From positions 51,524,001 to 51,588,000 of the forward strand of contig CM097885.1 in NCBI GenBank assembly GCA_044892525.1: a DNA stretch of 64,000 nucleotides. The letters are read 5' to 3'. Below are positions 12,549 through 26,447 of the stretch, in pieces (the first letter of the stretch is position 1; every line of letters starts with the position of its first letter). The DNA comes from Schmidtea polychroa (lineage: Eukaryota). A program made the translations under genes and the position numbers. Below the pieces are notes generated by a model, which saw only the letters and a program-made list of their open reading frames with translations, ran no database searches and was not told the origin of the DNA.

Positions 12549-14473
12549 CTCCTAGTTTATCCGACAAAATATTCTGTCCCCCTATGGGTATTGCTAGCAA
12601 GGGTACTGGTCACACTCAACAAGACGCAATATTAATCATTTAGAAATTCTTAGGTAAGATAATCAGAAATTTGTGAATATTTTAAATGTAACTTTACACT
12701 TATGTCGAGCGACTAATTTATTGGTTAACTTTTTAGACATTTAAAGCAAAAGGTAATTTATTCATCTAATGTTCGTTACAATAGATAATAATGAGAAAAA
12801 CATGGTCATTATTCATTGATAATTTTAAATTCTTTATCATTTGGAGTAAATTTGTTTGAGGCAAAAATAATTAAAGGAGTCATAATAGAAATATGGTTAT
12901 CATTTAACCAAATAAGGTGCTTATTAGTTAAAAATATATATTATAAGGTAACAATTATTTCTAATTTAATTAAATGATCATTAGACGTAATATATCTTTG
13001 CGAGAAATTTAGGATGTTTGAGTAACCAAAACATGGATATTTTGTGCGATAAATTTATGAATAATGCTTAATTTTCTCATTTTTAGTGATTTAAAATAAT
13101 ATTTAGCAAAGGTAATTTAGCAAAATATCATTGAAAGATTTATCCATCCGATAATAATATTCCTTCAATAGATTTTACCTTTAATATTCAACCGATTTAA
13201 TTTCTAGAAATCTAATTAAAATCATAAAATTCCTTCAATAAAGATCAATTTTCTTTAGCCGTTGTCGAATTCCAACTTTTAAGTCAATATTTCTCAAGTT
13301 TTGTCACTGATGTCCCCACAATGAATAAAATAACTTCTTAAGTAAATAATTTAAAGCAATAACCTTTGATATCAATCCCAATTAATTCTAAAGATTTCAA
13401 ATATTTCATTGTGAAAACCAAGTAAATTGATCATTAACCCTAAACGACTTAATAAAACATTGGATAATTAATAAAAACTTGTTCTAAAACATAAATCTAA
13501 ATTACTGTGCAATAACATTCATCATGACCTAATAAACCTCTAAAACGATATAAGTTCACTGGAATTATTATTAATTCATAGCTAAATACTGATTATTTCC
13601 CTTTAAAATTTTACCAATAAGAACATTGTCGATTTAAATAGAGATTTCAAAACATGTCCACCTTAACCGATCCCTCACCAAATATTTCTATCATTTTAAA
13701 CACCTTAAAAATCATATATTACCATCTTAACCGAACCTTCACTAAATCCAACCGACTTTAATATATCAATTCTCTTAAAATCCATAGGAAATTCTTCAAA
13801 ATATGAATTTTATTTAATTGTTAAAAACATCCTTCCATTGAAATAATTTAGTATCTAAATTCATGTAGTAAGAGCCCATTAAAAAAAATCAAAATTTACT
13901 AAAATCAATATTTTCTACAAATATTTCACCACATTTACCATCAAATACCTAACTAGAGATGATAATATCTCATTGATTGATCATAATTCTTCATCGATTC
14001 AGCTAATTATAACCATTATAACATGATATATCTTTCAAAATCACAAATTTCAGTATATTTTACAATAATCTTTACAAAAATTAAATAATAATCACTTGAT
14101 TATTGTAAAAACTCTAATTATTAACCTAACTGTCATTAAAAATAATTTTTATTTAAAAGTAAATTTAAAAACAAGTCAATAAAATATAGCAAATTATCAA
14201 GAAATTAATTAAATTTGTCTTAGAATTAACACTAAAACGTTAAATTTCAAAATATTCTTTCAATTATTCACAAAAAGGTTAGTAATAATGTTAGTAAAAT
14301 CCCGCTAACTCTAAAAATTACCAATGAATTTAATGCTAAATAATAACCAAAAATTTGCCTAAATAAAATCATTAAAACATACCAGTACCTTTACGACCAG
14401 TGCCCTTACGAGCAGTACCAATTGTAAACAGTACCCATAGAGGGAGAAAATATCTTGTCGGATAAACTCAGAG
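12549..14473. mobile_element. Putative 1,925-bp non-autonomous TIR element nested in the palindrome arm (mirror copy 15380-17304)
   Basis: Inverted ends TA|ctcctagtttatccgacaaaatattctgtccccctatgggta ... tacccatagagggagaaaatatcttgtcggataaactcagag|TA. No transposase is visible. Confidence 0.55.
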
Positions 14474-17400
14474 TATATATAATAAAACGAATTAACAATA
14501 ACTCCATCAAATTGAATCAGTCAAATTAACACAAATTTTGATAAAAAATCTTATTCTAAAATGGTAAGAAGCGTAAAGTCGAAAGATAATTTTAATAACA
14601 CCGAGATAAATTAACAATATTATTCTCAGGTGGTAAGAATCTTCATTAAAGTAAGGAAATTATTTATTATTCTGTCATAAAATTATAATAAACTTCAAAG
14701 GGGTTAAAATAAGTGTTAGAATTATTCATTATTGGATTATGGAAGGTCAATGAAAATATACAGAGAAGTGGCATGCATATATATTAATTGTATTTATTTA
14801 AAATTATTTCATAAAATTCATAAATTTCATAAAAATTCATAAAAACGTTCACTTTAATAAAAAAAATATTTAATACAATTTTAAAAGAAATATTTGCCCT
14901 GAGAATTTAAATGATAATAATTATTGGGAAATCGAGAAACGGCGGCTATAAGTGATGAGGATATATAAATAAAATTATTTCTATTATATGAGCTACTAAC
15001 GAATTAAAATATTTTAATAATGCGATAAACTTTTATTTAATAAAGTATTTATTCCCCAAATGATTATTTTATTACATAAGAAACCGTGAAGGGTATTTGA
15101 CAGAGTAATTATGATAAATTCATATTTTAAATTTTGATTAAGTCCTTTAATATTAGCAATTATTATTAAATTGACTATTTTACACTAAATATTTCATTTC
15201 ACTTTAATGAAGAATCTTACCACCTGAGAATAATATTGTTAATTTATCTCGGTGTTATTAAAATTATCTTTCGACTTTACGCTTCTTACCATTTTAGAAT
15301 AAGATTTTTTATCAAAATTTGTGTTAATTTGACTGATTCAATTTGATGGAGTTATTGTTAATTCGTTTTATTATATATACTCTGAGTTTATCCGACAAGA
15401 TATTTTCTCCCTCTATGGGTACTGTTTACAATTGGTACTGCTCGTAAGGGCACTGGTCGTAAAGGTACTGGTATGTTTTAATGATTTTATTTAGGCAAAT
15501 TTTTGGTTATTATTTAGCATTAAATTCATTGGTAATTTTTAGAGTTAGCGGGATTTTACTAACATTATTACTAACCTTTTTGTGAATAATTGAAAGAATA
15601 TTTTGAAATTTAACGTTTTAGTGTTAATTCTAAGACAAATTTAATTAATTTCTTGATAATTTGCTATATTTTATTGACTTGTTTTTAAATTTACTTTTAA
15701 ATAAAAATTATTTTTAATGACAGTTAGGTTAATAATTAGAGTTTTTACAATAATCAAGTGATTATTATTTAATTTTTGTAAAGATTATTGTAAAATATAC
15801 TGAAATTTGTGATTTTGAAAGATATATCATGTTATAATGGTTATAATTAGCTGAATCGATGAAGAATTATGATCAATCAATGAGATATTATCATCTCTAG
15901 TTAGGTATTTGATGGTAAATGTGGTGAAATATTTGTAGAAAATATTGATTTTAGTAAATTTTGATTTTTTTTAATGGGCTCTTACTACATGAATTTAGAT
16001 ACTAAATTATTTCAATGGAAGGATGTTTTTAACAATTAAATAAAATTCATATTTTGAAGAATTTCCTATGGATTTTAAGAGAATTGATATATTAAAGTCG
16101 GTTGGATTTAGTGAAGGTTCGGTTAAGATGGTAATATATGATTTTTAAGGTGTTTAAAATGATAGAAATATTTGGTGAGGGATCGGTTAAGGTGGACATG
16201 TTTTGAAATCTCTATTTAAATCGACAATGTTCTTATTGGTAAAATTTTAAAGGGAAATAATCAGTATTTAGCTATGAATTAATAATAATTCCAGTGAACT
16301 TATATCGTTTTAGAGGTTTATTAGGTCATGATGAATGTTATTGCACAGTAATTTAGATTTATGTTTTAGAACAAGTTTTTATTAATTATCCAATGTTTTA
16401 TTAAGTCGTTTAGGGTTAATGATCAATTTACTTGGTTTTCACAATGAAATATTTGAAATCTTTAGAATTAATTGGGATTGATATCAAAGGTTATTGCTTT
16501 AAATTATTTACTTAAGAAGTTATTTTATTCATTGTGGGGACATCAGTGACAAAACTTGAGAAATATTGACTTAAAAGTTGGAATTCGACAACGGCTAAAG
16601 AAAATTGATCTTTATTGAAGGAATTTTATGATTTTAATTAGATTTCTAGAAATTAAATCGGTTGAATATTAAAGGTAAAATCTATTGAAGGAATATTATT
16701 ATCGGATGGATAAATCTTTCAATGATATTTTGCTAAATTACCTTTGCTAAATATTATTTTAAATCACTAAAAATGAGAAAATTAAGCATTATTCATAAAT
16801 TTATCGCACAAAATATCCATGTTTTGGTTACTCAAACATCCTAAATTTCTCGCAAAGATATATTACGTCTAATGATCATTTAATTAAATTAGAAATAATT
16901 GTTACCTTATAATATATATTTTTAACTAATAAGCACCTTATTTGGTTAAATGATAACCATATTTCTATTATGACTCCTTTAATTATTTTTGCCTCAAACA
17001 AATTTACTCCAAATGATAAAGAATTTAAAATTATCAATGAATAATGACCATGTTTTTCTCATTATTATCTATTGTAACGAACATTAGATGAATAAATTAC
17101 CTTTTGCTTTAAATGTCTAAAAAGTTAACCAATAAATTAGTCGCTCGACATAAGTGTAAAGTTACATTTAAAATATTCACAAATTTCTGATTATCTTACC
17201 TAAGAATTTCTAAATGATTAATATTGCGTCTTGTTGAGTGTGACCAGTACCCTTGCTAGCAATACCCATAGGGGGACAGAATATTTTGTCGGATAAACTA
17301 GGAGTATATGGTCTTTATTGATATATCAAAATACTGTTATTTATAAATTAACTAAAAATACTCAAAAATACTATATTATTTTACTGAATGATACCGTAAA

Positions 17401-19376
17401 TGTTTTTAATATACATATTTCTAAAATAAATCAACAGTTCAAACCAACAACATGTATGGATGACCACCCATTGTTAATTTATTTCCAGTGTCACGTCCCT
17501 CAAAAATACCGTGAGTGTTTTAACAAAACTGAGCTGAAAGAAACTTTCCAGATAACAACTCACCTGAATGTTTTGAACAAAAATGAGCGAAATTGAGAAC
17601 AAACGATTAGATGGCGATTAACTTCTGGCCACAACCCTAACAACATGAAAATTAAGATTTTAATTATTGAATTCGTTGTTTTCTGCCTGGAAATACTAAC
17701 AGAATATTTTTTAATTCAAAGAATCTTCATTATAAATTTTTGAATTTAAAAAATTAAATTAAGGATATATTAAATTTACAATACATAAAATTATAATATT
17801 ATATAAAATTATATAAAATTATACTATATAATAATATTAATGTTTAAATATGCTTAAATAACTAAAGTGTTTAAATATGTTTAAATAACTAAATTTAAAT
17901 TATTTAAATATAATTCTGATATAACGTTATTTCTTTCGTTTTAGTATCCATAAAGTAAGTAAATAAAGAATTTACTAAAATATTTTAATTATTTTACTTA
18001 GTAATGAAGAAAATGAATTATATGATTATGAAGAAGATGAACCAGACAAAATGGTGAAACACTAAAAGACTTATGTTCTGGATTTAGAGATTTCTTATTA
18101 AAACATGAATTATTGGATTATGAAGAAGTTGAACCAGACAAAATGGTGAAACACTAAAGGAGTTATAGTTCCGGATTTCTTAAATGAATTAGCTGATTGG
18201 GGGTGTCCTTCAACATGAATTATCAGACTTAAATTATGTAAACTTTCAACAAATGTCAAGAAAAAATGGGAAAAATCGACGTTTTAGCAATTAAGTAAAG
18301 TACTCGTCATACCTGAAGAATATTATTATTAATGTAAGACATGAATTAATCTTTTAAAATATATATATTATATTTAGGTATCTGTGTTTTATGGTGGGAA
18401 ATGACATTGAAAAAGTATACCACAAATAACAGTTGCCTAATAGTCAGACAGAATTTAATTTGTGACGATAAAATGTTAGATAATGTAAGTTAATTGCTTT
18501 TAAATCAATATAAATTTTAGCAATGATAGTGGACGCCGCATCAGAAACTAAGAAATACGTCCAATTTGCAAGATGTATTCCATGAAATCACTATCAAATG
18601 GCCTGATGGAGATGATAATTTTGAGATAGATTACCAACAGAAGAGCGAGAAAAATTTGTAAATTAAATATAATAGGGTTGGGTGGGTCCTCTTTATCCCT
18701 TAATTAATATATATTTACAAGCTGATCGTCGTGGTGGGCGGTTGTAATCCAACTAGTGGGAGGCCTCTGTAAATATATATTTGTGTTAGTGAAAACATTA
18801 ATTAATTTGGTTATAGTGCCAATGACGCATGTATTTTGAAATTATACGTTTCGAATGTGCTGGTAGTTGACTACCCATGCTAGGCGTAATGTTCCGTACG
18901 GAAAGCTATAATGCCCAGGTTCTTCTGACCCCACTTGGGGAAGGCACAGACGACCCTTGTGGACGCGAACAAATATCCACCGTGTCTTTCAGGCACAGAT
19001 ATTTGGTCACTGCTCATTAGGCCTGGCAATACTAAATGCATACACTTTGCCTTGTCCTCTCTTGTCTTGATTTTTATCGTTTAAATAGTGTGTGTGATAG
19101 GTTTTATTTACTAACCTTAATTAATATACCCTTGCGACATGTTGAATGTGAGTAGTACCTTTGTGAGTAATACCCATAGGGGGACAGAATATTTTGTCGG
19201 TTAGACTAGAAGTATATACACCCATGTTAAACAAGGTATGTGTATATAGAATGTATGTGTAAAATTATCGCACCTTATTGACAACTTCCTGTAAAGGCAA
19301 ACACAGAATATTGCAAACATATAATAATTCTCTACCCCATAACTTAGTGTGTAAAAATTATTTAAGGTTTTTTCAC

Positions 19377-19443
<67 letters not shown>

Positions 19444-19962
19444 GTTTAATGGGTTGTATATGTGTGTAAAAAATATTTGAGGTTTTCACGAATATTGATA
19501 ATAATAATGGTTTATGAGTGTTTTTATGTTTTTGACTAATATTTGCAATAATAATAATGGTTAATGGGTTGTGTGTGTGTGTGTGTAGAAAATATTTTAG
19601 GTTTTCACTAATATTGATAATAATAATTGTTAGTGGGTTGTGTGAGTGTAAATAATATTTTAGGTTTTTGACTAATATTTGCAATAATAATAATAATAAT
19701 AATAAGTTTAATGAGTTGTATGTGTGTGTGTAAAAATATTTTAGGTTTTTCACTAATAATAATAATAATGGTTAATGGGTTGTGTGTGTGTGTGTAAAAA
19801 ATATTTTAGGTTTTCACTAATAATGATAATAATAATGGTTAATGAGTTGTGTGTGTGTAAATAATATTTTAGGTTTTTAATATTGATAATAATAATAATG
19901 GTTGAGGGGTTGTGTGTGTGTGTGTGTAAAAAAAAAAATATTTTAGGTTTTCACTAATAATG

Positions 19963-20033
<71 letters not shown>

Positions 20034-20198
20034 TCCCGCGCGTGTTAAAATAAATAATAATACTTTGAACTTGTATTTGAAAATAATTTACGACATGTTG
20101 AATGTGAGTAGTACCCTTGTGACAATTACCCATGTGAGTAGTGCCCTTGTGAGCAATACCCTTAGGGGGACAAAATATCTTGTCGGATAGACTAAGAG

Positions 20199-20248
<50 letters not shown>

Positions 20249-20861
20249 TTAATATTAATAATAATAATAAATGACCTTGAAAAATAAATGACCTTGAAAA
20301 AATAAATTTTGAAAAAATAATATTTTGAAAAAATAAATGACCTTGAAAAATTTAATGATCACTTAATTAAAACAAAAAATTAAATTAAAAAATAACCTTG
20401 AAAAAAAAAAGACCTTTATGAGTCACGCGACCTTGAAAAAATAAATGACCTTGAAAAATAAATGACCTTGGGAATGACCTTGAAAAAAATAAATGACCTT
20501 GATGAAGCAGATGAAGAAAACACTGAAGATGATGAGGAAAGCATTCAAGAAATTGATGAACCTATGGAGGAATTTACGGATACTGAACCGTGTGTATATA
20601 GGGATTGTATAGATCATGTTGTTGAAAATGTTATGAACTGTGGAGATGATGAATGTGAATGTGTTAATAAATTTTAGTGTATATTTAAAGAATAATATTT
20701 AGAATTTAGAAAGTTTTGTCTTGAATATTTTTACCAGTAATTTTGTGAACAGTACCCATGTTACTTGTTGAGTGTGAGTAGTACCTTTGTGAGCAATACC
20801 CATAGGGGGACAGAATATCTTGTCGGATAGACTAGGAGTATATAATAATTATAATTATAAT

Positions 20862-20916
<55 letters not shown>

Positions 20917-22448
20917 CTTAGAAACTAAAAACTTTAAAAAAAAAAATAATAATAAATGACCTTGAAAAAATAAATGACCTTGAAAATAATAAATGATCTT
21001 GACCTTTTATTTAAAAATTAAATGACCTTGAAAAAATAAATGACCTTGAAAAAATAAATGACCTTGAAAAAATAAATGACCTTGAAAAAATAAATGACCT
21101 TGAAAATAATAAATGACCTTGAAAATAATAAATGACCTTGACCTTTTATTAAAAATTTGACCTTGACCTTGATGAGTCATCGTTCTAAAAATATTAGGCA
21201 TCGTTGGGTGAGTCATTGGGTGAGTCATTCTCTTTGTTAATATTAATGATGATGATACCTTCTATGGCTCATTCGAAAGGTCTTGGACTGAGCTTTAAGA
21301 TGAGGTATCGTCCAATAAATTCGGATAATGGGAACATTAATTTTTGGGATGAAAAAAAGTGTGAGCCCGCCAGACCACTTAATAATTATATGACCTTGAA
21401 AATGATTTTTGGTAAAATGTTAATAACTTTGTCAATAATAATGATGATGATACCTTCATTAGCTCATTCGAAAGGTCTTGCATTGGGCTTTAAAATGAGG
21501 TATCGTCCAATAAAATCCGTTGGTGGGAACATTAAGTTTTGGGATGAAAAAAAGTAGGGGCCCGCCAGGCCAATTAATAATATTTTGAATAATAATAATA
21601 ATTTAACGTTGAAAAGATGGTGGTCATCAATTGTTAATAACTTTGTCAATATTAATGATGATGATACCTTCTATGGATCAATCGAAAGGTCTTGGACTGA
21701 GCTTTAAAATGAGCTATCGTTGAATAATTATCGTTGTCGGGAACTCTGTACATTTAAATTTTAAAATATGACCTTGAAAAAATAAATGACCTTGAAAAAA
21801 TAAATGACCTTGAAAAAATAAATGACCTTGAAAAAATAAATGACCTTGACCTTGACCTTGAAAATAATATTTTGAAAAATAAATGACCTTGAAAAATGGT
21901 CTCGGTAAAACTTTAATAACTTTGCCGATGTTAATGATGATGATACCTTCTATGGCTCAATTGAAAGGTCTTAGACTACGCTTCAAAATAAGCTATCGAT
22001 TAATAAATTCGGATAATGGCAACATTAATTTTTGGGATGAGAAAAAGTATGTCCCCGCCCGGCCAATTAATAATATTTTGAATAATAATAATAATTTAAC
22101 GTTGAAAAGATGGTGGTCATCAAATGTTAATAACATTAAAACTATTAAAGATATATATGATACCTATAGCTCATTCGAAAGGTCTTGGACTGGGCTTTAA
22201 GATGAGGTATCGGTCAATAAAATCTGTTGGTGGGAACATTAATTTTTGGGATGAAAAAAAGTGTGAGCCCGCCAGGCCAATTAATTAAAACAAAAAATTA
22301 AAAAAAAAAAAATTTTTTCCCGGGGGGGGGGGGAGGGGGTATATGTGGCGCGGGGAGCTCCTGGTCTGGGGAGCTCCAATCCTACTACTATGGTGTAACG
22401 GGCACCATTTATTTTTTCAAGGTAAATTTATAGTGACTTTCAAATTAA

Positions 22449-22519
22449 CACTTTAAAGGCCGGCATTTCGAAAATCCTTACAAAAATGACGCGAATTCGA
22501 GTCATCAGCCATTAAAGTG
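22449..22519. mobile_element. 71-bp piggyBac-type micro-MITE inside the outer hAT
   Basis: TTAA|cactttaaaggc ... gccattaaagtg|TTAA (TIR 11/12), with an internal hairpin atgacgcgaattcgagtcat. Confidence 0.65.
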
Positions 22520-22648
22520 TTAAAAACGAAAATAATGTACAAAACTACATATTTAACTTAACGTATATTACCTTTATTCAATATAATTATATATACATAG
22601 TTTATCTATAACAAACTAAAAATACAATACTAAACAACTTTTATTAAG

Positions 22649-23931
22649 TCAATGTGATTTTTGGCACTGAGTATCAGTGGCCAATGTCTCATAATTAAGG
22701 ATGTAAGCTGATATTCCTGTTCGCAGACAATCATCAAGATGATCGTCGGTAATTCGAGATCTGTGTTTGGATTTTATTATATTCATTGTTGAAAACAACG
22801 ATTCGCATAAATATGTGGAACCGAAGAACGATTTTATTTTATATGCCGCCATTTTAACAATGGAAACTTTTTTTTGTCAACTAAGTTCCGAAATTGTTCA
22901 TCTGTTACATACGATTTCAGCACAATATCATTTTTAAGATCCAAAATCTCAAGTTCCAGATGCTCTGCTCTTTTTTCAATAAGTATTCCAATTGATGCCG
23001 CTAATGCTGTTACATTTTCCTGGCTAGTAAATGGATTTACAAGAAAGATGACTATTAGGAAACTGTTCAAATCTTTTTTCAAACTGTTCTTTCAGTGCTT
23101 CAAGATGAATAATAAATGACGACGGGTCAAAATTTCCATCACTTACCAGTTTATACATATTTGGGAAATGCACGAGGGATTTAATTTTAAAATGAGATAT
23201 CCATAAATTCAGTTTCGATTTAAATGAATTGATAGATCCTATCATTGTATCAACGTGTTTTTCTTTCCCCTGCAGTTCCAAGTTTAAAGCGTTCAATTTG
23301 CTCATGATATCTGTGAGGAATCCCAAATCCATTACCAAGAAGGATCGTGCAATTTATCAGTGTTGATTTTTAGATTCGAGGAACTTTTTTATTTCATCTA
23401 TCAAGCTTAAAAATCATGTAATCACTTTGCTTTTAATGAGCCATAGTACCTCTGCATGCAAGATAAGATCGGAATGTTCATCTTCAGTACCTTCCAGTAA
23501 GGCCCTGAACAGTCGGTGTTGTAAAGGCGCTGCTCGAATAGAGTTAACAATTTTCATTACGATCTTCATAATGTGAGCAAATGAAAGTATTTTACTGCAC
23601 AATACTTCCTGATGGATAATACAATGGTACGCCATAAAGTTGGGAAACATTTATCTTTCTTGCGCAGGGCGACAAATCCGTTGATACTACGAACTACTGC
23701 TGGTGCCCCGTCAGTGGTGATAGCAGATAGCTTGTGGAGAGGTATATCTATTGAATCTGCAAATGTTTTGAATATGTTGAAGATATCCAGACCTGATATT
23801 CGTCCTTGCATTGGTAATATTTTCAACAGCTCTTTTATAGTGAAGTCATTAAAATATTCTCACCATTATTGCCCACTGTGCTGTATCTGATATATCAGCT
23901 GACTCATCAAATTACAAAGCAAACCAATCAC
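22649..23931 (-). pseudogene. hAT (GTF2IRD2/Buster-like) transposase, C-terminal part, disrupted
   Basis: ORF fragments contain FDESADISDTAQ, ITTDGAPA, HCIIHQEVLC, HAEVLWL, FGSTYLCESLFSTMN and end in QKSH*. There are several frameshifts and stops. Confidence 0.9.
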
Positions 23932-24695
23932 AGTAGTAGGATGTGTCACCTCCAGGACACCCCCTACCCCCTCCCCCCCCCCTAGGTCAAGGTCAAATTT
24001 ATTTTTGTGCGTGCAAATATAAACAAAATTTCATTTTCCTATTCAAATTAATTTTGATTAAATTATAATACGTACACTATATACATGAATAAATTTTTGT
24101 TTTAATAATCAATTATAGAATACATTTCCCAGAATTAAAAAAAAAACTTGCAGTTTTCCACAGTTAAAATTCACTAATTTACGCATATATTTCACATGAT
24201 GTTTATAATAATGTAATAAATATGTATTTGTTAATATTGGCACAATTACAGCATTCACTTTGTAGATTATAAATTTTGACGGATGTTTATGACAAATAAG
24301 TAAATAGTGATGGCTACTTTAACAGTGCACTGCACAAATGTAATCAGTAAATAAGGGATTTAATTTTACTATTGTTTTGTTAGCTTGTCCCCATTCTTTT
24401 TCACTGCTTCCCAATTTTCAATTATTTTTTAAAACATCAAACTGTTGCAAACTTTAAACAAAATATATACTCTTTCTTTTTGGTATCTCGAAAATATTTC
24501 AAAAATATTAAGATACCTATTGTGCGATTAAATGGTCAAATATCAAATATAAATTTAATAAAACAACACATCATTACTACTTATTAACAAGTAATAAATA
24601 GCATTCTTTACTTTCATTTTGTTTATGAATTTGGATAATTATTTCTATTTTACACTGAGATTAAGAAAATAGAAGATAAAAATAGATGAGTGGTA

Positions 24696-24760
<65 letters not shown>

Positions 24761-25374
24761 TAAAATGATAATTTAAGCCTTTTGCTGCAAATAATGTATT
24801 TAATGAAAGAATTTTCGACTATAAGATAGTCCTTGTCAATCTTTTTTCCCCCTCGAATATATCAACTTGAAGGGGCTGGCGCGGTGGTTTGTAAATTTGG
24901 TTTAGTTTGAATATTATTATTTGAAACATAGTTTATTATTTACAATATTCAAAGTATTAATAACAAAGGTAAAGAAATAAATGTTTATTAAATGTATATA
25001 GTATGATACTCATTAATATACATTGAACATGCTTTACATTTGCGAACATTTTAAATTTGAATTTTAAGGATTACCTTCGATAGATTTTATTGAATAATGG
25101 TTCATTAAAAAGGTCTTGAAGAGCTCTATCCAATGGTTATATATTTGAAGATATAATGTTTGTACACAATATAGTAAGTATTATTATTTTTAATATTATT
25201 ATTATTTTTATTATTATTTTTATTAACAAACTACATCCTAATAAAATACTTTTACACATCAAATTATTAAAAAAAAAATCAAAGAAATAAAACCGATAAT
25301 TATAAAACGAAAAAGAGACTTTACAATAATTTCTATTTTACAAAAATTCAAACAAGTCCGATCACAGAATTAAA

Positions 25375-26110
25375 TTAATCTTGTAGATGTTGATTGATGA
25401 GATCCGGATCTGCTCCTGATTGAATATCATTATCATCATCATCAATGACATCAACCCCTAAATAATGACCATATGCAAAACTAGAGTTTTTCTCTACCCA
25501 AGCTCTTTTATCATCATGATTAGTTAAAGCAATCTTTCAGTTTTTAAAAGTAAAAAGCTGATGATTTCGGGTTCCTATTCTAGTCTGAGGTACAGAAATA
25601 ACTGTGTTGTTGTTGTAACAGTCTAAATAGGATTGATGTTTTATATCTGTACCTGGTAATTTTACGCCCTTAGCTCTCATAGTAGATTTATTTCCTAAAA
25701 GATTGTAGCACTTTGGTCGCAAGAAAACCCACTCACTATATCCTACACCCTTACTCTCATCCTTAAACTTTCCTATAACTGAGTCGAGTCTCCTAGAATA
25801 TAAAGGATGAGAGGGATCATAATTTGAGGTGTTTGACAAGTCATCCGAAATCATCACTGGCAAAAGAACGTCAAGCTTTACATTTTTGACCTCTAAGAAG
25901 AAACTATCGGTATCACCCGCAACTATATTTATATCACAGTTAAACTGACTCCTATATTTTGCTAATTATATGTACTGTAATTGATACATCCTTAGTTTGG
26001 ATAAATCCAGCACTGATTGTCCGATGTAGCTGGGTCTATCCAAACATATAGACTCCTTATTGAGATGTACACGAAAAAGATCATCATCAATTTTGATGGT
26101 TTTTCTAAAT
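25375..26110 (-). pseudogene. Polinton protein-primed DNA polymerase B, C-terminal part
   Basis: IVAGDTDSFF catalytic motif, IGKFKDESKG, FLRPKCY, RAKGV and DDKRAW..FAYGHY. It continues the 31151-31666 frame across the hAT insertion. Confidence 0.9.
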
Positions 26111-26447
26111 CAGGGGTTCTTAACCTTTTTTACATCATACCTCACCTAAGATTTAATTTGATGTTCTCACCTCCAGCAGAATTATTTTTTTTAAGAAAAG
26201 ATAAGAAACATAATTAGTGGTATACCAACATTACATATATTATTTTATTTTCACCATTTTAATATATTTATAAAAAAAAATTATATTTAATTCATACTGT
26301 GATATAAAAAATTATATTTTATATTTAATTCATATTGACAAAATATATTTAAAGTTTAAAGATAGAAAATATGTGAAAAATTTAAAGAATAATTCCCAAA
26401 TTCAAAGAATATTTTTTATATAAATACTACAAAATAAAAAGGCAGCA

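Larger units (their letters stand above)
7279..22389. mobile_element. Giant palindromic non-autonomous Polinton/Maverick-type element (15,111 bp)
   Basis: Termini AGTAGTAGG...CCTACTACT with perfect 6-bp TSD ATGGTG (7273-7278, 22390-22395). Arms about 7279-14652 and 15201-22389 are reverse complements, and the ORF track mirrors across them. No pPolB, integrase or capsid ORF is visible. Confidence 0.88.

Noticed and set aside
17227..17304. Helitron 3' end (hairpin followed by CTAG)
   Set aside because: CTAG is not conserved among copies, similarity continues past it to gagTA, and the motif occurs as an inverted pair, which fits a TIR better.
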